From: Camelus ferus
Lineage: Eukaryota
DNA: 64,000 nt
Direction: 5' to 3'
Assembly: GCF_009834535.1 (NCBI RefSeq)
Contig: NC_045696.1
Span: 25,050,001 to 25,114,000, forward strand
Of the stretch, positions 14,100 through 24,700 are shown one piece after another; position 1 is the first letter of the stretch; each line of letters starts with the position of its first letter. Under the pieces are notes generated by a model. The model was not told the DNA's origin. It saw only the letters and a list, made by a program, of their open reading frames with translations, and ran no database searches. The translations under genes and the position numbers were made by a program.

Positions 14100-14330
14100 A
14101 AATAGCATAGTACTTCTATTTCCATAGTGTCAACTATACATCATAAAAAAGTTGGTGGATTAGGCATTACTGACCCATCTGTGACATTGTCACTTAAACT
14201 TTCTGAAGTTTATATAAAATAGAAATATTTATAAGGCCTCTTGAGATGTCCAAATACGATAAAGTTCACTGTCATAATATATTTGTAAACTCTAAAAACG
14301 TCATATAAATGTTAGTTGTTGGAATTACTA
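14100..14330 (+). mobile_element. MIR SINE, degenerate
   Basis: 'ctgtgacattgtcacttaaactttctgaagtt...ataaaatagaaat' and tail 'ataaatgttagttgtt'. Confidence 0.5.
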
Positions 14331-15224
14331 CACTGATGTAGAGAAAGGACACAGTAAGTGTGTCAAGCAGCTCTCAAAGTGAAAGCCATCTTCAGTGATT
14401 CTGTACTGCAAAATCTTTTCCAGCTAGAATGTTCCATAAAGCCTGGCTCTTGACTGCAAATCACGCACCTGAAAAAAATGAGTACTCTTTTTCAGTTTAC
14501 CATTTTTTAAATGATTTCTGCCACTTTACTGGCATCTACTCTTAAGCTATTGATTGCCAAGTCCATTTCTCTAGTCCCGAATCTCCACCCTAACTCTACC
14601 ACTCTATTGGATATTTTTTTCTGCAGTGTTGCACTCCGTTGTATCCTAAACTGAACTGTGTTTACTCTATAAAACTGTTGTATTCACTCGGCTGGTACAC
14701 ATTTTGTTTTCCAACTTGGTGACCATAATTTTCTTTTTCTCTCTGTTACCTAGCCCACAGTAGTAAGCAACCAATCAACTACTGAAACAGTAAAATATTG
14801 TGAAGCTCAGGGCATAGCTTAGAACTAATACTGATAATGTTAAGCATTAACTTGTTTTATTGTTACTTGATTAGGTATTGGTTTATACAACTATTACTTT
14901 CCTTTTGATGAATGTATTTATTTCGGATCTATACAAGGCGTTGAAATATTAGGCAGTGAATGTGCCTTTATTATCGGGCAGTATATAAGAACTTTCATTG
15001 TACTAATGACAAAAATTCAATTAAATCTTTTAGGGATAAGTTATCAAATATTATTGATGCTTTTCCTACATGCACGCTCTCTTTCCTTGAATTATTGTTA
15101 TTAAGGAATTCACTTAAAAACATGACCTTCAGTGTGAAAAGTTGTAAAAATCAAGTCTGTATTACTCTCACCTCAAAGTAAAGCTGTAAGGTCCAATACA
15201 TTCACTGTACCAAAACTTACAGAT

Positions 15225-15720
15225 GACTTCTGTAGATCTGCAGTATGCCATGCACTTTTGAAGGCGTTGAGGATGAAGTAAAGAGCAACAATGGGCATGT
15301 CCTTACTTCATGTAGCTTATGGGGGAAGACCCAATATAAACAAGTATTTTTTTCCAGGTTGTGACAGGACCAGGAAGAAACCAGAGGGAGGGCTACCAAG
15401 GTAATGGAGTAACAGTAACAACCTGAATGGGTTGTCAGAGATTTTTCTAAATAAAAACTTCAGGTGTTCACCTCCTGAGTAAACAGGCAAGTCATTTAGG
15501 GAAGAATATCAGCCAGTAGGATTTTTAAGACCTTGGGATGAGACCATTCTTGATGTATTTGAAGAAGAGTTTGGATGTCCAGTGTGGACCAAGCAGAGGG
15601 AGATTGAGGCAGAGGCCAGATCTCCTGTGACCTGTTAAATCACAAAAAGGAGTCTGAATTTTATTCTGTGTGTGTAGAAAGCCATTGAAAGATTTTAATA
15701 GAGAGAGTGACTACGCTTGA
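15225..15720 (-). mobile_element. L2 LINE fragment
   Basis: 'ggagtctgaattttattctgtgtgtgtagaaagccattgaaagattttaatagagagagtgac' is typical antisense L2. Confidence 0.55.
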
Positions 15721-15782
15721 ATATATAAACTTTGATGTCACAAATATAAGAAGGATGGCATTTAAAACTGTGTGATTAGTTA

Positions 15783-16278
15783 CCACTTATTCTCAAACTT
15801 TTAGGTCTCAGAACCCCTTTAAACTTAAAAAAAATATTCAGGACTCTAAGGAACCTTTGTGTATGTGTGTTTTATATCTGAAAATGTGCTGATTTGAAAT
15901 TTAAAAAATTTTCAAAATACTTATGTATTAATCCATTTAAAAATGAGTAATGCACTCTTTGCAATAATAAGATTTTTATAAAGAATAATTATATTTTCCA
16001 AAACAAAAAATAGTGAGAAAAAAGGATTGCTTAAATTTATACATATCTACATATGTATTTAATGGCTTTTTAATAAAAGACAGCTGGATTCTCCTATCTG
16101 CTTCTACTTTCTATCTGTTGAGATATAATTTGACTTGTTGCCTTTGGAAAATGCAAGTGTGTAAATGTGAGAGAATAAAATAGTTGAAGGAAATAACAGT
16201 TATTATTACAAAATTGTTTTGACTTTTTGGTTCTACTCAAGGACACCCTAGGGTCTCTAGACCACACTTTAAAGATCT
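15783..16278. mobile_element. Charlie1 (Charlie1b-like) hAT non-autonomous DNA transposon
   Basis: Start 'ttctcaaacttttaggtctcagaaccccttt', internal 'aagacagctggattctcctatctgcttct', end 'gaccacacttt'. Confidence 0.8.
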
Positions 16279-16654
16279 TAAACTGACTGAGAGAATGATT
16301 ATAGGGAAGTGATATCTTACTGAGGTAGGACGGACCAACACTTGGAGTCCTAAAGCAAAGAAAGTTCCAGAAAATGACATTTAGATCATTTTTATAGTTC
16401 TATGGAAATGTCTTTTATAAATCCCATTTTTTCCATTTGGTCAGCATATTTTTCTTCCTAGGGTCACATTTACCTTTTTGTTGACTGTAAAGAAATCCAT
16501 ACATGTAGGCCCTAATTCTGGTATAGCATAAGCTGTTTTTAATAATGAGAAAATAATATATAGGTAAGCATGGTTCAATCAAAGGACACAGATACAGGTA
16601 TTAAAATCAGTTAAAAAAAAAAAAAAGGGCACATTCTTGTCTTTTTTCCCCTCA

Positions 16655-16772
16655 TTTACTAGACTTAGAATTTCTAGTAAACAGAATATCACTTGTTCTT
16701 TCTCAGATCCTTTATATTACAATACTTGTCATAGACTAGGTGTGCAATGCTTATAGTTTGAATGAATGAGTT
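16655..16772 (+). mobile_element. L2 3' tail
   Basis: 'actagact...taggtgtgcaatgcttatagtttgaatgaatga'. Confidence 0.5.
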
Positions 16773-17043
16773 AATTTCAAGGAACCCCATTGAATAAGAG
16801 AGGGTTTATGCTCCTCTTTCCTGAGGAGCAGCCAGAAGTGAGCCACTGTTGGTAGCTATGCAAGGCTGCTCCTGAGATCCCAGTTCCAATAATCATAAAA
16901 GTCAAGTGCGTGAAAATAAAATGAAACTTCACCTTCTCTGTTTTCAGTGTTTTATTTCTGGAGATGAAACTAATGATGTTCTCAGAAGATTCTCAATCAA
17001 GGTTTTGGGAAAAAGCTGATGAGAAAGAATTATCCCATTAAAA

Positions 17044-17204
17044 TAGGGTTTCCTGATAAATTACAAGACCTTTATTTCAATTTGAACTTCAAGTAAATCA
17101 AATAATTTGGGACAATACTTATACTAAAAAGTTATTTTTTGTTTGGGTGAAATTTAAATTTAAGCAGACATCCTGTACTTTGTTTGCTAAATCCGGTAAT
17201 CCTA
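17044..17204. mobile_element. MER53-like palindromic hAT MITE
   Basis: Ends tagggtttcctgat / atccggtaatccta. Internal 'gggacaatacttatactaaaaagttatt...gaaatttaaatttaa...catcctgta'. Confidence 0.8.
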
Positions 17205-19518
17205 TGTTGCTTTGGATATATCCTATTCACTTTGGATATATGAGAGTAAGATATACTTCTGGAAACCTCCAGTGACCTCCTTTTGTTAGTTCATCTATCA
17301 AAGCCAAGGAGCTAAGAAGATAGATCTGGGGGCTAAATGTTTTAGGCAGTTGGGAAAAGTGTTTGGATGGAGTATTTTTCAAGAAAAGGAAGGATGAAAA
17401 AGGAAGGTACTTTAGAGAGAGATGGAACTTTCTGTTCTTAGGTATGATTTTATTAAAAATATACTTGGATTAAAAAACTTAATTCTCAGATGAGAAGAAA
17501 GCCACACATAAGTACAACAGACCATATAAGAGAGATAAAGCATGTGCTGTAGAATTAAACTGTATCCAAATATAACTCTGGTAGAGCACATTTGAGAGGA
17601 TAATACCACAGGAAACTGAACTGGGTCCTCCTCTCTGAAGCACGGTCGTCTCATGTGATCTCTGGAGGGCCTGAGGGACTCGTAAGGAGAGAAGATGTAG
17701 ATTCAAGTAGGAATTATATAACATTTTTAGCAGGCAATATATGCAAGAAAAATCATTATGCTTATAAGTGAAGTAAAAAGTAGAGGAATTATTCCCAAAT
17801 ATGTCATAAAGACATTGAAAAGTACAATAACTGACAGAACTCCAGGGTCATAAGAGATTCATTAGTAGATTCTAAGGGAATAAGAAAAGTTGTTAAACAG
17901 ACTTTGAAAATCTCCAATGAACTGGGACATGCTTTAAGAAAATCTTCAGGTAAGTGCGGTATAGTAAAATCCAGACAAAAAGCTTAACTCTCATAGGGTA
18001 TAAAACTGCAGTGGTCTTGTAGGGTATTAAAATTTTAAACAGAAAGGCCTTCAGGATTTTGAGTACTTTTTAAAGAGACAAAAAGAAGAGAACTTTCTTC
18101 CAAAGTTCAGTAGTATGTCAAAATCTTAGGGTCTCTTAATAATTAAGTAGCTGAGTAGTTTCAAACTGTATGAAAAAAATGCAATGATTACAAAATATTT
18201 TTACATCAAAAAAAGGTGTGGGCCATTTGAAGTTGGCCTTTAAATCTGGCTGAGTCCTTGGAGTTAAAGGCTGATCACTGGCATCTCAACTCTGCTGTGG
18301 TGATTTTGGGGGGCTATTTCCTCACAGGGCTACTGTGATGCTCATTTGCCAAATCATTTGAAGACCACCTATTTGTTATTCAAATATCAGGAATTGAAAT
18401 TATTTGTCCAACTTGTGTGTGTGTGTAATATATATATCTATCTATCCCTGCAAAGCAGCTGCGTATGAAACAAACTTATTTAGCTTAACTAAGACTGAGA
18501 AGAAGAGGATTTTATTTAGAGGAAAAGAACACTGTAACAAGGGACTCGTATATTTAGTTTTTGTTTGTTAAAAACAAGTTTCCATTATTTTGAAGCCAGG
18601 AAAATAATTAAAATTAAACTGGAAGTTTTCATGGAAAGTTAATAAAACTTTATAATTTCTATTTGTTTTACTCAATTGGGTTTGGTAAGTGTCTGGAAGA
18701 ATCATGGCATTTTATTAGGGTCTCAAATATTTGAAAGTCTGTAACTTAGTGCTTTTAAAATTTCTAGTGTACAAACTTTTTAAAATTCTATGGCATACTG
18801 GCTTAAATAATTACGTATTGGGGAGCGCCAAACAGATCATAATGTTTTTCAAAAAGCAAAATTCATGTCACATACATCGACGTGTGTGATACTGTTCAGC
18901 ACTGCCTGTTAAGGGGAGGTAGTATTTTAATATTATAATATGTGATATATTGTAAAACTTTTGTGTTGAAGCTCTGAAGAAGCATAAATAAGAGAAACCC
19001 AAACACATGCAGGCCGGTTTTCACAGTAAGAGTAAACAAGACTTCTAAAACATCATAAAGAAGTTCTAACAGCAACAAAAAGGGGGGGGGGGTATTTATT
19101 TTTTCTTTGCTTCCTCAAGAAAAGATTTTAGAACATTTTTTATTATAGCTGGTACATGTGTCTAAAAAAACATTGAGTCCAGCATCTTCAATGGATTTTC
19201 TAATGTCTTTCTTTGGCCAAGATTCCTGCTTGGTCTGGCTTGGTTCCTCTGCGGTATACGTACATTGCTGCCCAGGGTATGTGTGCTGTGCTGTTGCTTC
19301 TGCTTCTTGGTGTGGTGTTGACAAGTCCACTGGGTCACCTGCAGCTCTTTGTACATTGGCTTCCTAATGTGTACAGGGCCTGCTGCTGTGGTTTCGCCTC
19401 TGTCTCCTGCACACTGTGGTGCTCTTGTACTGATTGAGTCCCTGATACCTTCTATGTGGCAGCCTGGTCTGCCACTGAGATTTTTCTTTGAAAAGTTAGC
19501 AGTAAGCATGTTACCACT

Positions 19519-20736
19519 TGCATTGATTATCTGTTCCTACGTAATAAACCACCCAAAATTTAATGACTTGAAACCACAGCCATTTTATTGCTCATGATTC
19601 CATGGGACAGTAATTTGGGCAGAACTAAGCAGGGATGGCTGATTGATGCTTGATGTAGCTCTGTCTGAACAGTTGCTCAGAAGCTGGTAGATCCAACTTG
19701 ACCTCATTGAAACATCTGGGACTTGAGGGCAGGCTGTTGGCTGAATTGTCATGGTTCTCCTCCTTGTGGACTCTTCCTCTAGTGTGGTCTCTTGTCCTCC
19801 AGGGCCTGTGTCTGCACATGTCCACCACCTCTAGCAGGAAAACTTGAATTCTCTTTGTGGGTGTTGGATTTCAAGATGGAAAGTAGTACCTAGAGGACCT
19901 GAGCTCAATATTCTAAATGTGGCTTGCATCATTGCTGCCGATAGATGCAACCCCGTGTTCCAGGTTCTTGTCCCGTCTCAGAAATAATTCAGAGACAAGA
20001 CATAGTGGTTAAAAAAAGTAAAATGAGGATTTATTAAAGGATGGATAGTACACTCCCAAGGGGAGAGCGGGCAGGCTCAGGTGAGTGGCTGCCCTGTGTT
20101 TCTTTGGCAAGTGAGTTACATAGGGTGTAAAAATGAATGGGCAGAATATTCATTGGGGAGGGAAGGGTTTGGGGTCATATTCCCTGATTATCATCCCAAC
20201 TCCACCTTCCTAAAGGGAGGAGGGAGTTTTGTCCTTATTTAGTCTGGATCAGAAGTGTCATGGCGTCGGTGCATGATGGGTACTTCTGATCTGCAAGGCT
20301 AATTTTATTGAAATGAGGGCATAATGAGCAAAAGGTTACATTCAGACACTGGAAATTCCTGCCTTTTCTTACCTTTCTTTGTTCTCCAGGCCACTTGTCA
20401 CCCCAAAATGCATGATCCCTTTTCAGCACAAAGGTTCCTGCTTTTCTTTCTTTGCCCAGGGACCCCTAGTGCTTACATGATGTGTGGTTTCCTGCTTTTG
20501 GCTTGTGCCCCTCCTTTCTGCCCAATTCCTGCCATTTGGTCTGTGTCCCCCTTTCTCTGCTCATATCTAGCTATCTGCCTGCTCTAACATCACCTTCTCT
20601 TGAACAGAGCAAACCACATGCACAGCCCAGATTCAAGATTCAAATAGATTTCAACTCCTGATGGGAGGAGTAACAAACTCTTAACAAAGAGGCATAGGCT
20701 TGTTGACTGGTAGATGGCTTTTAACACTTTACTACA
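19519..20736 (-). mobile_element. MaLR LTR (MLT1G/H-like), split by a younger ERV LTR
   Basis: TG...CA ends. Left part 'aataaaccacccaaaatttaatgacttgaaac', right part 'cagcccagattcaag'. 5-bp flanks ccact / ctgct. Confidence 0.8.
19933..20589 (-). mobile_element. Young ERV1-type solo LTR (657 bp)
   Basis: TG...CA termini with 4-bp TSD tcat/tcac. On the minus strand: CCAAT (20152-20156), TATA-like TATGTAA (20116-20122) and AATAAA (20030-20035) in LTR order. Confidence 0.9.
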
Positions 20737-21299
20737 CTGCTTTTAGGAATGACTTGTAGTGGTCTTTGAAAAGGGCAGCTGTATTTGATGGTATTTTCCT
20801 TTGAGAGGGGCAGGAGAATGAACTTCAATTTTTTCTCTATGTGATTTTCTGAAAAAATAAATTAAGTACCTATTTGTTTGTGATTACAATGTTAAGTAAA
20901 AAAATAGTTTGAAATTTCACTCTAAACACCTTCTCCTTAGGTTACTCAGCTGGTTAATTCAGGGCAACTATATGCTTCTGTCTGTCTTCTATTTCTCTCT
21001 TTCAGATAAGCAAGCACTTGTACTGACTGTATGGTAAGATGTGGAGAGATTTGGGTTATATTTCCTAGGAAATAGGCACACTCAGAAATTGAAAGAACAA
21101 AACTGGAAGTCTCTTGTTGCAGTGGGGAACAGCATTTGTCTTAGTAACTGGCATCAGTTCTGTTTGCCAGAGTTTTTTGGGTTTTTTTGTTTTTTTTTTT
21201 TTTTTTTTTTGATGGAGGGGAGGGATGGGAAGATGAGGAAAAGTACTTACTTGCAGATAAGTTGCATAATTCTGCTTCCCAATTCATCTGACAAAGACA

Positions 21300-21900
21300 C
21301 TTTTTATCTCACTAACTTGAGTCTATGTTTATGTGATGTCGTGTCATTGTCTTGCTTAAAGCTCTTCAGTGTCTTCTCATGGCATGTAGAAAAAAGTGAA
21401 AATTCCTTGGTGTGATGTTGAAAGCCCTCGCCTGTTTCCAGATATAACACCATTCCCCAACTCTCAGCTTAGGCACCAGTTAATCGAACTTCCTGCTGAT
21501 TTCCCAAATCACAATGTGGGTCAAACCTGTAAGACTTCGCTATTTCAACTCTCCCTGTTGAAGCATCTTATTTTGGTCCCCTGACTTTTACTCCTTCTCC
21601 TCCCCTAAATCACGCCCAAATACACTGCCCCTCTTCCTAGCTTTAGCTCAAGTATTGACTCTTAAATGAATCTGCCTAAGAATTGCCTTTTCATATGTTG
21701 AAGTGACTGTTTTGTCTCTTGTGCAATTTCCAGACTTCCATACCTTTCCACCTTTGTATGTGGTACATTTTATTGCGTTTCATTATTTGTCTTCCTCTAC
21801 CAGATAACATAGAGGATACCTTTTTATTTCCAAATCTTCCTAAAACAATGCCTGATATATATTTGGTATTTCAAAAATGAAGTTTGTTGAATTAATGAAC
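21300..21900 (+). mobile_element. L2 LINE 3' region
   Basis: 'tgcttaaagctcttcagtgtcttctcatggc' and tail 'acaatgcctgatatatatttggtatttcaaaaatgaagtttgttgaattaatgaa'. Confidence 0.55.
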
Positions 21901-22659
21901 CTACACTAAAATCCTTTTTGATTTTAGACTTCCCCTAGACAGATCCCAAAGCAGACACATAAGAATTATCTCAGCATAGATCATCTCAATATGATTCAAA
22001 ACAGATTTCTCAAATGTGATACCCTGTTTTTCAATCGACACTTGAAGCATGATTAGAAGCTGAAGATGTGCTAGGCTAGATTCTCTCTTCTGTGCCACAA
22101 ACTAATCAGCAGACTGTTTAAGAGCAACAAGAAAATCCTTTTTTTTTTTTCTTTCAGAAGTCTTTAAGATGCAGTGTTTGATGTCCTTGCTTTTCAAGGC
22201 ATACATTAGTTGCGTGCAGTTAAATAAAGAAATATTGACTCGACATAAGCCACATTGCACAGAGTATGTTTCACAGAAACGTACCTTGATGTGTCATATA
22301 ATTCCCATCTGCGTTGGGAGGTCTGTGCTCATTATCGGCTGGAACCAGTTTCATCCAAAAACGACAGTCCTGATTGAAATTTTCATTTGATCCTACTTGT
22401 ATCTAAGGCCACATGTTGTCATATTTCGAATGCGTGTGCCTCCTTCACCCTTTACCACAGATTTAGCTCCCCCTTTCCACAGAAAAATACAAAATCCCCA
22501 AATCATTTTACTACCTTAAAAGAGTGCTTTCTTCAAAGCTACTTTCCTTTTCCTTCTCCTTCCACGGAAATTTCTAAAGCTAGAGTCAGAATGGTTAATG
22601 CCGGGACTGAAAAAAATTAGTTGATATCCGTTATTACAAAAAGTACTTCACATTTCTTT

Positions 22660-22800
22660 GAAGTAGTGTTGGTGCGGTAGAAAATTGTGCATCTGGGCAT
22701 CAGAAAGAAATTAGTTCAAGTATTAACTGTGCTGCTTTAAGTCAGCTGTTTCGGGGCAAGTTCCTTCCCTTTTTCACGTTGGCTGTCTCATCTACAGAGT
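22660..22800 (+). mobile_element. MIR SINE 5' part
   Basis: 'gtagtgttggtgcggtagaaaa...agttcaag...gctgtttcggggcaagtt...tctcatctac'. Confidence 0.5.
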
Positions 22801-23124
22801 ATTCTCTGTCCTTGCTTTCTCCTGTTCGCCCCGAAGGTCAGGATAAACCCTGCTTCCATTTGCTTCACAGTATTTAGACATTTTACCATGAGGAATGTAG
22901 GCTTGCTTCTTTTGTTGCTGAGTCATTTAGACAACGTCAGAAAAGCAAATTATTTTGTCATCCTCTGTGTCTTTTTCCAATTTCTATTCCCTATTTTTCA
23001 TTAAGACTTTTTTCTTCCTTCAGGGAATAGGTACTCACCCCTCTTCATTGTATCCCTATAGGCCTTTGTAACCAATTCTAATTATAAATCTTGCCTATCG
23101 AATAACTCATTCTTTGGGTCATGC

Positions 23125-24700
23125 TGTTTTATTCAGCATACATACATATAACTTTTTCTGTGTATCAGACCTTATGCTAAGCACAGGCATAAACTTAAAA
23201 ATAGTACTTACTTTTTCCCTGCCTCTTGGAACTTACAATCAAGCAGGAAAAAAACAAAGAATTATATAAATTATTTTAATTGCCATTTAAATTAATATAA
23301 AGGTGACATGAGATTATAGACAAAATCCCTGGACAACTCTGGGAAAAACTACCATTTTTCTTTTAAAAATCTCATTTAAGCTGAGGTTTTGAGAATAAAT
23401 ACAGATTAGTTTCATGGAAGAGGAGAAAACTGGATTGAATGAAATTAAATAGAGGGAGTTAGAGGGGAAAGTGAATCAAGAAGTACAGAACTTTGAAAGA
23501 GTCATTTTAAGGATTTTTTACTTCTTCTGAGGGGAAATAGGAAGCCACAGAATGGTTGCAGCAGGAGAGTAACATGATCTCATTATTTTTTAAAAATGCT
23601 TTCTTCTGTGTGTGGAACAAGAAAAAAATATATTACTTGGGAAGGAGTAGGAGGTGGAAGGAGTCTGGGAAGAATTCTATGATTCTGTATGTCTTGAACT
23701 AGGTGAAATGTCTGGTATAGATGTAAACTTGAGTTACTGCAGCCTGGAATTATTAAAAGCATGGGAGGTGAGATTGCCTTGAGAGAATATATTGTAGGAT
23801 GGAGTACAGAAAGGAACCATGGGGTATTCTAACGTTAAAAAATTGAGTGGAGAAGTAAGATCTAGTAAAGATCAATCTAGAAGCAGGGGTTATAGGAGTA
23901 TGAGGAGCGTCCTGAGAACTGGGTTCCAGTTTATGGTGGGTTCTGTGATAACAGCCCTCTTTGAGAATTGTTTCAGTTGAAAACACCTGTCGCACATACA
24001 ATTGCATCTTCTAGAGGTGGCCTGCAACCGACAACTCGTTAATGAGGTGGTAATAAGGCCCAGTCCCTTGCCTCAGCTTTGGCCTTGATACAACTCCAAA
24101 GTGTTAGCCCAGCTCCAGGTATCTCCATGCACTCCATGAAATGCAGTTTCTTCCCTTGCCTTATCATGCTTCTTCCCCCTTGTTTCCTGGGTATTGATCC
24201 AAAGAGAATTTTGCAGTAGATATCTCTCTTGTTAATATCCATCTGAAATTTCCCAGGGAATCTTGGAACCCAGCCTGAGATATCCCAGGGAACCCAGCCT
24301 AAAGCATGTGAAAAAATATATATGCATATAATTTTTTTTTTAAAAAGATCTTCAAGCTTGTATCTGGTAATCTTACCCATCTTACCCAGTCAAGACATGA
24401 AGTCTGGAAAAGGAAAAATAGTGATTAGCTCTTTGGTTCAGTAGTGAATACCACTGCTTAGATAAATCATAAAACAGGAATGAGACTGGACTGTGTAGAG
24501 GAATAAATAAGATATAAATATTTAGGAATAAGGGTATTGACAGTTGTATGGAAAAGTTTAGCAGAAAAACACAGGATCAGGAGAATGTGGGTCATTTAAG
24601 GTGGATCATTTAAGGTGGAAGAAACTAGATAATTGATTCTGTAATATTCCTGAGCAGACAGAGGAAGTGGTCATAGTACAGACTGATTTTAGGTTCGTTT
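23125..24700 (-). mobile_element. L2 LINE fragments interrupted by LTR16
   Basis: Antisense L2 motifs 'cttggaacttacaatc', 'aataggaagccacagaatggttgcagcaggagagtaacatgatc', 'gagtggagaagtaagatctagtaaagat'. Confidence 0.55.
23905..24306 (+). mobile_element. LTR16-like ERVL solo LTR
   Basis: 'ggcccagtcccttgcctca', 'ggtattgatcc', terminal 'gggaacccagcctaaagca'. The terminal ~20 bp are locally duplicated (24266-24279, 24288-24300). Confidence 0.65.

Noticed and set aside
19082..19092. G11 run as a G-quadruplex element
   Set aside because: Isolated homopolymer with no further G-tracts nearby
21041..21415. 124-aa ORF
   Set aside because: Runs through a poly-T tract and into L2 sequence; no recognisable protein
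24590..24620. Short tandem duplications (tcatttaaggtgga x2; also ~5012 gtttcatatg x2, ~35829 agttagactatc x2, ~17210 ctttggatatat x2)
   Set aside because: Unrelated two-copy slippage duplications; no array or repeat-spacer structure, so not CRISPR-like
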